Source: Octopus bimaculoides
Lineage: Eukaryota
Direction of reading: 5' to 3'
DNA: 64,000 nucleotides
Assembly: GCF_001194135.2 (NCBI RefSeq)
Contig: NC_068981.1
Coordinates: forward strand, 49,256,414 to 49,320,413
Of the stretch, positions 51,701 through 64,000 are shown in pieces; the first letter of the stretch is position 1; the number at the start of each line of letters is the position of its first letter. The notes beneath the pieces are model-generated. The model searched no databases and had not been told where the DNA came from. It saw only the letters and a list, made by a program, of their open reading frames with translations. A program made the position numbers and the translations under genes.

Positions 51701-52859
51701 GATGAGAAAAATATATTTAAATCACTCCGTTTTGTATTTGTGTTGGAAACACAAAATATGTTAGCTATGGCTAGATTTACATGAATACCAGCCTTTGTAT
51801 TTTATATTTTATATATGTCCTATATTTTTCTACTTAAATGTCAAGCGAGTGATAAAAATCAATATTTTCATACTCGTAAAAATCAAAGTGAGAAAATAAT
51901 AAAATAAATCATATGTCTGTCCAACAAATAAATGGATGTTAACTAAATACGAAAATCTCTACAATGTGTCAATATTTCATGGGCATTCTTCGTTTGTACA
52001 ATTTTAATTTTTTTTTTAATTGATTCCCTGACATACGAAAAAGTGGCGTATTGTATTAACAGATGTAATGTTTCATTTTATATTTATTTCAAGCAATTTT
52101 GCTTGAAAGGCAGAGAAGTTACACTTTCTAATATAATGATGTTTTATTTTGCGCTCAGACATCATAAATAATATATGAGGAAACGTCTTCGAATATGGGT
52201 AACTCAGAATTATAGTGAAATTATTAAAGGAATATTGAGTAACAGAGAACATAGTAGTTCGATAAAGAACTATGGAAACATAAGTATTTATATTCGAAAC
52301 AGCACAAGTGAAATATTATCACAATATTTGTCATTACTACGAAAACTATTTAAAACATGATATTCAACATGGTGTAAGCAAACATATCAGCATTCACCAA
52401 CGTTAAATGTTAATAGAAACATGCAATATAGTGTTTTGCAAATATGCCATGTTATTTATTGCGAATCAGTAGTTGCCATAATTACCCCACGCATATACCA
52501 AGCAGATGTTATCATGTGGTGCTTCGCAAAAACTCGAATAAAATTTCGAAGTGATGCACTATTATTTCACATTCTCTTGCAAACAAATTTGTAAAGATTG
52601 TCTTATTAATTCGCAGCCTTGACACTCTAGCTACGTTACAGCTTTAGTATAGGATATACAGCCTGAAATGTAGCTGAAATATGTAGCAGACGTTCAGTAC
52701 ATTAAACAATAGATCCATAACTATTATTAAAATCACATTGCATATGCTGTATATTGTGATTTGATTTTAAATAACAGCTGGTTGTCGGGACAATAGTCCC
52801 AGATCTAATCTAACACGATGTAGTAGCAGCTATCATTGTTCCAGCAATGGGTTATTTAG

Positions 52860-53100
52860 CATGTACATTTATGGAAAAACAAACATGCATAAACCTTCGA
52901 TGCCTTTCGAGCGCTTTCGAAAAGAAAAGGCTAAGGGAGTCAAGAAGCAAATTAAGGAGGAAGAAAGCCTCTCAGGCGGCTCAGACGGTCCAGTTCCCTG
53001 TTTAACGTCCTTCTTTTATTCGCTGTCGAGGTTGACGCCCCTAAAATGTTTTTTTTGAAAGCGCTCACATGGCAGCAAAGGTTTATGCTTGGATTTTACT
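52860..53100 (-). mobile_element. Probable Penelope-type terminal repeat remnant with a degenerate hammerhead-like motif
   Basis: Reverse complement ccttttcttttcgaaagcgctcgaaaggcatcgaagg resembles the 5176-5212 motif and is followed by a similar T-rich tail. Confidence 0.35.
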
Positions 53101-54011
53101 CCATAAAATTGAAAGCTAATCAACCTATCATTACAACCCTAGCAGCTGGATTTGTCTAGGCCTATAAGGCAAATTCACTTGTAGGAAGGACACTCCAATG
53201 TAAAACCTACACCTTACTAGCCACCATAGCCGTCTTAGCCAGCTAATCTAATGTTGTCAGAGCTCCAAGTGTTGAAATTAGGAACGGGTTGTTGGAACTG
53301 ATTCCCATTTAAAAAAAAAAACTACGCGCAGACAGGATGAAAGCTATGAAGCGCCAAGGATCAATTTACATAGCAATTTGGTGGTGTGCCACCGTTCTTC
53401 ATCATGATCTTCAAACAAGAAAAAAACTGCCTTCATATGCTGGGAAATAATAATTGTTTGTGGTTTTCGTAGATGGTCAGGAAATTTGAGGTGAAGAGAT
53501 TAATCGTTTCCGCTACTCATATTTTATTGTATCGAGGTTAAAAATCTGAAATGTTTTATTGATCTCAGGGGTTTTGCCACTTGGAGCATCAACCAATAGT
53601 ACAAGTAACATAAGACTTTTTTTTCTAACACAATTCTACCAACTTGCTAATTCAATAATACTTGATATGTGTTTAAAACTTAGAGACACATGATTGGAAC
53701 TGGAAGAGATAATTCTTGTCTAATGTTCGAATATAATTATCAGTAATTAATAATCTCGTCTAAAATATTTTGCGTATGTGAGAAATCATGAAATTGTGAG
53801 AGAGCGATTCACTTCACATCCATTGGAGCTTGCTTTGGAATACGGTTTATACTACCTAGACAAGTGTGTTTCACAAAATTTTAAAATTTTCCCGTGTAGT
53901 ATGTCTGAAAATAGTAGATGCACTTTATATAGAAGAGCATCCTAGACATGGACAAAAACACGCATAGGTATACAGTTATTTAGATCTCTATCAATGCATG
54001 ATATGTGTGTG

Positions 54012-54046
<35 letters not shown>

Positions 54047-57000
54047 GTGTTTGTGTGTATGTTAGCTGTACGTGCTGTGTATGTGTGCATACAAGCACGT
54101 AATCGTTATTGAGAAGGATAAAATATTACACGACGGCGAGTATATTCTTTTATATCTACTGAATTTGATCTTTCACAATTTGTAACTTAATATCTCACAT
54201 TTCATTTCCTCAATCAGTATAAGTAATGTTTAACAAAAATCCCTTATTTTGAGTATACGCCACGTTTAAAGTGAAGGTAATGTAAGTTATAAAATATAAA
54301 TCATTAAATAATTTTATTATTCAAAGAATATGAATGATATATTATTACTAATGTGCATCGTGTGTAGGTACCATTATGCACACAAGATAAATTTTATGAA
54401 TATTAGTTTAGTCAAATTTACCCATGGCTTATACTGTAAATACTTTGTCATGTATATATTGCATGGAAGTTGACCCTAAAACGGCGGAATATTCCTCAAC
54501 AGAATGGATTGTCGCACTTCATAGACTCGTTTAGCTCACACAAACCTATGTTTTATTTATGGAATAGATGACGTTATGTACGTGATAGCATATGATAGTG
54601 TTGTACGTGGGGTAATTATGAAAACATGTAGGAAATAAAAGAAGGAATTGGGAAAAGTGTTCATAATGATTTAGCAACATTTAACGGTTTTGCATGTGAT
54701 TCGTCATTTGAAATCTAAGTGTAGAGGCAAAGCATTCCATTTTCTTTTAATTTTAGAATGTTTCATGTCGATGTTAATATATTTAATTCCTCCTACGAAT
54801 GCATCTGCCTCCTACTCATCGCTCATCTTTGCTTTCTAACGCAACTTCCCGTGAATGATGGATTTCTTATGAAGCAAAGTATTAGACTCCACAGGGATCC
54901 AGGAAGTTACATAAGGTTGCATTAATTTCTGCTCATACGAAATAGTATATTGCGTATAGAGATATGAAGGCGTCACTCTTTGATTCATAGATATTTTCAG
55001 TGACCCTTAAACAGATATATCCTCTCTCTAGAGAGGTATCTGATCGATGCACACACTCTCAATATAGAAGTAGGCGGTTTATCTACAATTTTAAAGGTGC
55101 TGCGATTTCATTGTTTGAACCATTATTGCGACCTAGGTAATTATAATTTACATTCACTGCATTACTATAAATATTGCTGCTAACAAACCACAATTGGTAA
55201 GCGGACGGCTATCAGAGTTAAGTATCATCTAAATTTATTAGCAGCTAAGTTCATAACGAACGGAAGAATTATCCGCGCAATATTGCTACTTCATCCTCCG
55301 TTAATTTTCACAGATTTGATATATAACTATTATTTCTTAGAACCTGAATATACACAAAATGTTTTTAAAATAAGATTTTCATCGGATACATTTTTATTCG
55401 AGCATGGTGAAAAGATACATTTATGAACATTATAGATTAAAATTCTTCAGGTGATTGAAAATTGTTTATGTTTATGGTTTCGTCATTCAGTGTCGTGCAT
55501 GAGTTGTGTTTTCCGGTGGTTGCACTCATGCAAAGATACTTGACTATTTTCGGGTAATAATGCATTAAAAACTTAAGTATTCATTGATTGAATTGTTTTA
55601 ACGATTCATTATGACTTGGAACATTTCGTGTCTCTTACTGCTATGCATTCTTCCTCCCGATACTTTCAGCTCTTTTATTTTGCAATATACCGGAAATGTG
55701 TTCATTGACTCGTGTTTCTCACGTATGCGTATGAGAGCCATTCGGAAGCCATTTTATTTTTTTACCGTGTACATTGCATCACTAAATCATAGATATTTTT
55801 CTCCAGTATTTATGAGTAGTTGAATATCGGACTCTGCAGCTTTGACGTGTATTTTCTTCGCGCTCAAAATTAATTGCAAAATATATTTCACAACTAAGGA
55901 GTCTTTTCAACGAAGATATTAAAATATTGACGCGAAGTAGTCTACTCTGTAAAGCTGTATAAACCAGTTATTATACATATTAGCTTTACAATTCAATCAA
56001 ATAAAGTTAGTATTGTCACATATCCAACTTATCAAATTAAAAGTTGTTCCGATTCATAAGATAATAGAATTTCTCACATTAGCTCTCAAAGCTTTTAATT
56101 CACATTGCATAGAAACTATCAAACGTAGTTAAGAACCTGCTTAATTTTTTTTTTGTTATTTCAAAGTGGCAAAATGGTGCATGCAAAAAGTATTCTAGAC
56201 TGTCGTATAAATTTAAGGATGCAGGTTGGTCTAACCAACATATAGGTAGGCGTAACGGTGTCCAATAGCAATTTTATCTTTAAAATAAGTGCATCTGCAT
56301 CTACATATATTCAAATTTTCGCCTGAGCTTACTTGTAAATGAGGACTATGAAACTTACAAATGATTTTAGTGTCTTTTGAAGTCTACTGTGTCGCAATTT
56401 CCAATAAGAAAAAAGGATTCCAGCATTCATCACATCATATTAATGAAAATGTTCATTATTGTGTCATTGTAAATTCACTAGATATAAATATGAGTTATGT
56501 ATGTGGGTATCTAGATTTGCAACGGATGATTGCATATCTTTGAGAAACTCAGTCTATGTGCGTGTGTATGTTTGTGTGTGTGTCTCTGTCTGTGTGTTGT
56601 ATGTTTCTGTGTCAGTGTATTTATGTGTGTATTGTGTGTTCTTCATTGTAATTATTGATCTATTTCTTCAGTGTATTTGTTATAATGCAATTCATTTGTA
56701 GGGAAATTAAATATTTTTTCTAAAGGTACTTCCCTTTTCTGTATTAGAACGCTCTTCCGTATAAGAAATAAAAGAAAATTCATCACCCCTTCTCGCGTGA
56801 GATTTGTGCATCCGTCAGCAATTTTGACATACAATCATCTCTTGGTTTACAGTCAGAGTTTTTTCCGACTGTCGACTGACACCATCAAGTAACATGCAAT
56901 CTAGGGTACTGACATATCAACCTGCTAGAAAATTCCAAATGAAATATTTTATTCCCTAATCCGCCGTTTGGAAAACACTCACTTTCATTCTTTTTCATAA

Positions 57001-58148
57001 ATGCATATACACACACAAACATACATGTATATATTCATATAAAAATATACATATTTATGCACATATACACACGCGCAAGCTAGGGCATAAATATATGTGT
57101 GTGCGTATATATATATGAGTATATATGAGAATACAAAAAATGGGACGAGAATGCAACAGGCGACAGCAACACATCCATACACATGATACAAAAAAGACAA
57201 GAAAATCAAGGACGCGTCATTCGGAATTTTTGTTTCGTCAGTCGAGTTCCAGATTGTCATTGCATTTTCGGCTAGTTATACTCGAGACTGCTCCAATCTG
57301 GCCACATCTGGATATGTAACATATCCTAAAGATATATTACATATCCATCAGGGAAAGGATATGTAATATGTCCTCCTCAAAAGAAATATTTGATGAGGCA
57401 TCCCCCTAATATGAAAATACCCTATCTAACAAGGGCTTCAAATATGGGATATATGGCTATACATAAAAAAATATGTAACTTAATGACCTTGACAACGAGA
57501 GGTTCAAATTTTATACTATAATTTATGATGCGATTACTGGGTTAAACTTGGTTAAAGTTCATCTCTAGTAATTTTCATGTCAGAATACGACATGTTGCAA
57601 GTCAACAGATAATATCGCCCGGTGCAGAATGCATATACTGAAACTGCATTACATCTATACAATATCTATGTATATATTTGTTGGCGATATTTTAATTGCG
57701 TATATAATTTACGAACAACCAGCTAGTAATAATAATACGAAAAACACAACCAATTGTAAAGGTAGGATATAAGATTATTTTCGTGTATTCGATATTATTC
57801 TACGAGACATATAAGGATTAATGATATACCTTTCTAATCCGCATCATCTTCGTGAACAAACTCTTTTTTCTCTGATGTTGCTTTTAGTTTATCACTTAAT
57901 ATTTACTGACTTTTAAATTATGTAGCAACATAGTTTCTTTTTCATCTTTATTTATTACATATACCTCATTCATATATTTATGACGTTGATGCATTTCCTG
58001 CTGAACATGAATGAATCATGTCACTTTTTTGCGTTCATGTGGTGTATATCTCTTTCTCTCTCTATGTCCTTAATTCTCTCTCCCTATCCCCCTCTCTCAG
58101 TGTATATATATGTATATGTAGGTATTTATGTATGTATATAATATATAT

Positions 58149-58221
<73 letters not shown>

Positions 58222-59776
58222 TGCACACACACACACATATATACATATATATTTACATACAAACACATTCATATATTCATATGTATGTGCATGTGTATAT
58301 TTGTATGGGCATTGCTTTTTCTATTTTCCTTAAGAGGGGAATGAGGGAGAGAAAAAATGTATAATGCATTCACATATAATTATACATCTGCACACTCACA
58401 TATGTCTGTGTGTCGCGTATATTAATACTTAGTGAGGAGCGTTAAGCAAATTGTTATTTATTACAATGTTAGATCTTTTGAGGAGGCTTCAAACGTAGTG
58501 GCTTAATTACAAGGCAAATGTTTGCTTTTCAATTCACTTCTAAATCTTTACTTCGTTAACCAACAATTGCAAGACTTTCAAGTAATACGTTATCAAAGAG
58601 AAAATACCCTTAGCATAACCTTTTAATGTTATCATTTATTTCTTTCATTTTCGTCCCAACTAGGAACCAATATTCACTATAAAGTATTTAAATACAAGAC
58701 TGAATGTGTCAGTAATTCGACATATGAAATTACTGTTATACATTCTCTTTGGTTTCTCTATTACTACAAGCTTTTTTTGCAAAACATGTACACACACCCG
58801 AGTTCGCATTCAGAAACAGACTCACCCATAGAAAAGTTTATGCGAATAAATGATACGTGTTTGAACCTGTTTTGCCACATATACAATACGCAAAATGCAT
58901 TAAGCTGCAAAATATTCGAAGGTTACCGTTCACATGTTCTAACCAAGAGACGGTTACAACCCAATATTTATAGGGCATTGTTTTAGTGTGCCTCCAGGTT
59001 CACTGTAACCAAATAAGAAGGATTTCACTTTCACTCAAAAGCTTATATTTTCTCATGTCTATGTGCGTATGTGTTTTTTTTTTCACGTGCATGCATGCCT
59101 GCATCTGTGTGTATGTATATAGGTATCCTCTCTCTCTCTCTCTCTCTCTCNNNNNNNNNNNNNNNNNNNNNNNNNNNNNNNNNNNNNNNNNNNNNNNNNN
59201 ATATATACATACATATAAGTACACGAAGAAAAAATCTGACTAGCGCATTCTGCAATGCTACATTCTATCATTATCGGTTGTTTAAGTTCTTGTATTCGTA
59301 TATATTTACGTCAATATGCAATGGATGAAATGTGAAGAATATTTCGGTGGACTTAAAATCTGATGACAAAGTGTCAGAGCAACCCCTATGATGCATTCCA
59401 TCTGATAGTCTAACGTTGCCACTTCATCGCGTTGCTTTCATGCTGGAATATAAATTTCGGTCTGTAATTATCCATTTGTTATAATATAATATGTTGTGCT
59501 TTGATTGTTAGAATGAGAATTCGTTGAGCGTTCAATTTTCTGAGGTCATTATAATTGGTATTGATGCTTATTATACGATATTCTAGTTTAGATTCATATA
59601 ACCATAATTTGTAGTTCTTACTGTTAAAAATTGTTTCGATATCTGTAGTTGGTGTAATTATATAGCTATGCCTTTTAGGGGTGCCTGAGTTGATTATGGC
59701 ATCGGTTCTGTATCAGTCGTTTTCACCCCAATGTAGCTTCATAGAATCGCTGTCCATATTTCTTTTATATATTCAG

Positions 59777-59848
59777 ACGCTCTTGAGAAACTGACTGCGT
59801 CCAACTTCAGATGCATTGTGTTGGTAGAGGCCAACAGAGAAGCCTATG
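59777..59848 (+). CDS. Candidate internal coding exon, 72 nt, phase 1-1: (D)ALEKLTASNFRCIVLVEANREAY(G)
   Basis: Acceptor atttcttttatatattcag|AC, donor ATG|GTATGT, open frame, unique sequence. Product not recognised. Confidence 0.35.
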
Positions 59849-61934
59849 GTATGTGTCTTACAACATTATTTGTATTTAGGTGTGTATCTACAATTGATTT
59901 TAGAAATAAATTATTAAAGCTGTCAATAAAGCGTTTTGTAAAATTGAGTAACTGGCTACACGGGATAGAGAAAGCGTTACTGAATTCCACGTGTGATATG
60001 TTTAAGATTTAGAGGCTTATGGTGCCTCAAATGTTGACTTGGCTCTATTCTGTGAGACTTCAGATGACGTCTGATTGTCTTTTTCTCATTGCTAATGCTT
60101 TCTGAAAGAAGCTAACATCTTCAAGTTTAGATTTATTTTTCTGCCCGGTAATTGTTATCTATTCTTTGCGTAGGGAATGTTTAATAATGCCACCTTTGTT
60201 GTTAAGGGTTACACTCTTAAAAGCCAAACATAATAAGTTCGTGCAAGGTCATAGATATTGATATCTTAATTCATGTGAAGATAGTTTCACATTCCAAAGA
60301 TATGATAATATTTTGAATGATCATGTTGCTTATACACATGATTTTAGATTTACTACTACTTAATACATTACAGATATTATGAAAGGAAAGGTGCTGTTGA
60401 ACATCTTTACAGTTATACGGAATGTACGTTGAGTGATAGACATTCATGTAGATTATGCGTGTGGCACTGGGTTACAAATAATCTGGTTTATTGCTACATC
60501 ATGTTCGAAGGGGCATTTAAGTGTTTTGATGGTATGTGTTTTCAGTAAGATATTAGTATTATTTTCCCAAGAGAAAGTGCTAAAAACGTTATTTTAACGT
60601 GATATATTTTATGATAGATTCAGCGTTTTTGTTTGGAAATCAAACTGAAAACATGTCACTTTATGTTTCACCTGCTCCACGACGTAACCAAGAGAGCTCA
60701 GTGGAAGAAGATATATAATTATGCTCTTATGACACTTGTGTGAAATGCAATTGAATGAAAGGAAATAGTCAATAATGTTAATGGTAAAGCGGAATAATAT
60801 TGTTTATTTTAAGATAACTCTGCGTAAAACGTTATTGGCATTTTGTTTTCTCCATTACTGGGCAAATGATTATAGGATACGCGAGATTTTCATAAACACA
60901 CACAACACACACATAGACGCACACACACACACATGAATATATCGGAATTTGTTCGAGTTACGTTGCAAATAACGAAGCTTGCGTGGAAGCTTTGGGGGTG
61001 AGACACACACACAATACGCATATATTAACAAAAATGGCCCTCATATCATAAAGTATAACCATATACACAGTGTCAATGTATCTTACAAAATCAAACACCC
61101 TTTCAAAAATGATCAACATGGAACTTAATATTCTCCCACAAAACAATACAAAATCCTGAATTCTACATACAAAATATAAACGGCCATTCGGTTAAGTAAT
61201 CAGGCAAGAAAATGTTTGAAGAATTTTAATTATATTTCTATTGCCAAGCGCAAAAATATTCCTTGCTGAAAATTCTATACCTTACAAACATTTCCTTTTA
61301 CTCTTCTTGCGTAGATATCATCATAAATATTTATGCCCATTTCTATGTAAAATAATTTTATCTCAAGAATGTGCTGCATGGGTATCTCTTTTATATATTA
61401 CACATACACACACACACTTACACACACAACACACACGCATGCACTCATATACACTCACATACACGTGCGTGTGGGGGGGGGCGTGTACGTGTCTGTATAT
61501 TTATTATTTTAAAAAAGGAATAACGTGAGTAACTTCGGAGTTTTGGCAACCGCCTGCACCCGAGCACTCACACCACACACACGCACACACATACACACAT
61601 ACAAACACATACACACACACGCGTGCACAAACACACACACATTAATATATATATTTCATAAGGCATAATATCCATATCAAAACCAGTAACTTTTGACAAG
61701 ATGGCCTTTCAGTTTGACCTGGACATGTGCAGTTTGTAAGAAGAAAAAAGTTTGCCTGCATATCTGAATGTGAGAAACGTCGACTTGGAGATTCTTACGT
61801 CAGTCACAAGACCTGAGACTCAATATGCAGCAGTTTAACCCAGTTTCCACGGTTTAGCAGAGACAGAGGTTGCAACGATCCTTTTGAACAGGAGGTGTAC
61901 CATTGCAGGTTTAAATTTCCTTGCTACTGCTGTA

Positions 61935-62075
61935 ACTTGTTTACCTTATGGTGAACTGGAGCAACGTGAGATAATTTTTTTTACTGAAGAACGCAACATA
62001 TCACCCGATCATGGGATAGAAACAATAATGTTACGATCGGGAGTGCAACACACCAACTAATGGACCATGCGCAAT
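61935..62075 (-). mobile_element. tRNA-derived SINE (family D), degenerate
   Basis: tggtgaactggagcaacgtgagataa...actgaagaacgcaac...cccgatcatgggatagaaac...ccaactaatggaccatgcgc; same family as 23310-23450. Confidence 0.6.
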
Positions 62076-63817
62076 CTAACAGATGTTTTAATGTCAATGT
62101 AATTTTTGATTGTATAAATGTATAGTCATTTAGTTGCTAAGATTAGTATCGGATGGATTCAAGGGCTACTATTTCCGTGCAAATACACGTGTCTATATTC
62201 AGCTGTGCAATGTGGAGACTGTTATATAGGAATAATACACTGTGACAATCTAATTAAAATAGCAGCATTTAACATTATAACTCTAGATGTCAAGTTGCAA
62301 TTTTCACACAGCGATATAGCAACATACATACGTGTAGGAAATTGTAATCTATAGTCTAAATGCTTCCGTTTCAGATTCTTGATTCATTGCGATATCCTAC
62401 TAACATGCTCCAATCTTATTTATTACAATCTTCCCACAGCCGTTTGTAATAAATTGCTCAAGAACGCGTAACAAAGGTTTACAGCAACACAACAGCACAG
62501 ATATGACACTTTACATATTTAAATATATATTTCCTTTCATAAGTGTATATGCATGCCGTGCACTTATACATAAATTCAGTCTTCAGAACTAGTTTCATGT
62601 CCAGGTTAATAGTGAATATATCAGTTGCATTATAAATGTGTATTAAAGCCGGAATATAGTTATATGACATGTTCATTTTACGTACATTTGCAATAAATTT
62701 ATAGAAACCACATAAATTTACCTACTGAACAATGGAGAAATAATATTGCATAATCAGTTGCCAGTAATCATTCGTCATCACACATGTCTCTAGATTAGAT
62801 GTCTTATTATTTTTATGAGGACTTAGAGAGCAGTGAGTAAATTAAATGAATGTTCTTGAAACTAAAACCCTCGCAAGAATATCTATCACGTGTTACTAGC
62901 GTATATAGAGTATTTTACAAGAGCATAATACATTCTGTTATATTTCTAGAAAGAAATGATTCATATATACATAATTACATGTGTTAAAAAGGTTTATATA
63001 AACCACCCACAAACATATATCTCATTTCAAAAATCGATATGCTATATTCAGCTTATATTATATTATATTACGTTCTAAACAACATTCCTTTAGAATTTCA
63101 AAATGTGCGTGTGGTTTTCTTACACGAAATATCACACATGAATTTAATCAGTTATATTCAAAATGCCGCTTGGGTGAATATAATAACGCTTTGTGAATTT
63201 CGGTATAAAAGTCTACTCTCTTCCTGCGCATATATGATTTCATGTACGTGTGTATGTATGCATATATATANNNNNNNNNNNNNNNNNNNNNNNNNNNNNN
63301 NNNNNNNNNNNNNNNNNNNNNNNNNNNNNNNNNNNNNNNNNNNNNNNNNNNNNNNNNNNNNNNNNNNNNNNNNNNNNNNNNNNNNNNNNNNNNNNNNNNN
63401 NNNNNNNNNNNNNNNNNNNNNNNNNNNNNNNNNNNNNNNNNNNNNNNNNNNNNNNNNNNNNNNNNNNNNNNNNNNNNNNNNNNNNNNNNNNNNNNNNNNN
63501 NNNNNNNNNNNNNNNNNNNNNNNNNNNNNNNNNNNNNNNNNNNNNNNNNNNNNNNNNNNNNNNNNNNNNNNNNNNNNNNNNNNNNNNNNNNNNNNNNNNN
63601 NNNNNNNNNNNNNNNNNNNNNNNNNNNNNNNNNNNNNNNNNNNNNNNNNNNNNNNNNNNNNNNNNNNNNNNNNNNNNNNNNNNNNNNNNNNNNNNNNNNN
63701 NNNNNNNNNNNNNNNNNNNNNNNNNNNNNNNNNNNNNNNNNNNNNNNNNNNNNNNNNNNNNNNNNNNNNNNNNNNNNNNNNNNNNNNNNNNNNNNNNNNN
63801 NNNNNNNNNNNNNNNNN

Positions 63818-63852
<35 letters not shown>

Positions 63853-64000
63853 CTGTGTATATTTGGAAATGCACACATCCACACACACACATACATATAT
63901 ATGCACGTAAACAGAGAGAGAGGGGAGAGAGGGAGAGAAACAGACACAGATACATGTAGATAGAAAGACAGGCAGTCACACATACATATAAATAAATGGA

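Larger units (their letters stand above)
2534..63817. other. Ten assembly gaps: 2534-2675, 3101-3247, 4205-5111, 12571-12957, 13998-14767, 17599-17977, 19612-19808, 32733-33261, 59151-59190, 63271-63817
   Basis: N runs, nearly all bordered by (TA)n, (CA)n, (CT)n or (ATT)n; consistent with short-read scaffolding gaps. Confidence 0.99.

Noticed and set aside
12201-58364. ORFs translating as HT/YI/CV/LSIY/MYV repeats (e.g. 12248, 16459, 29008, 44069, 46055, 48073, 58018)
   Set aside because: These are translations of (CA)n, (TA)n, (TG)n, (TATC)n and (TATG)n microsatellites.
33370-59400. Other CTGANGA occurrences (about 33371, 46815, 51700, 59362; also about 1012 on the minus strand) as hammerheads
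   Set aside because: They lack a correctly placed GAAA/UH or pairing stems I-II.
60451-60474. DYACGTGL, resembling SAM-methyltransferase motif I
   Set aside because: In-frame stop a few codons upstream, weak acceptor, and no further methyltransferase motifs.
2440-63983. All long ORFs in the track containing X runs (e.g. 3838-5187, 13909-14883, 32724-33506, 63039-63959)
   Set aside because: They are open only because N gaps contain no stop codons; the flanks are microsatellites.
1-64000. CRISPR arrays, rRNA and prokaryote-type operons or terminators
   Set aside because: No regularly spaced direct repeats with unique spacers, no rRNA-like sequence, and no gene-dense region; the window is eukaryotic non-coding and repeat DNA.

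Overview
Eukaryotic, AT-rich, microsatellite-dense genomic DNA from a gapped draft assembly (10 N-gaps, about 4 kb in total, nearly all abutting simple repeats). The tRNA-derived SINE families and repeat landscape point to an Octopus genome (inference from recognised repeats). I found no intact multi-exon or long single-exon gene, no CRISPR and no rRNA or true tRNA. Almost all long ORFs in the track are artefacts of N-runs or microsatellites. The interpretable content is mostly transposon debris: Penelope-like elements (RT and GIY-YIG fragments, with hammerhead-ribozyme-like terminal motifs), three fragments of APE/RT LINEs, two mariner relics (one full-length with TIRs) and about 13 SINE copies. 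There is also a promoter-like GC island at about 43.2-43.56 kb (perfect GTCACGTGAC palindrome, TATA-like box, candidate first coding exon on the minus strand) and a few isolated splice-site-bounded candidate exons on both strands. The best leads are: a minimal type I hammerhead-like motif at 5176-5212, an in-frame LINE-to-Penelope junction at about 21965, a ~500-bp fold-back SINE pair centred on (TA)n at about 6810, and a tentative minus-strand gene model. None has been verified by search or folding software.
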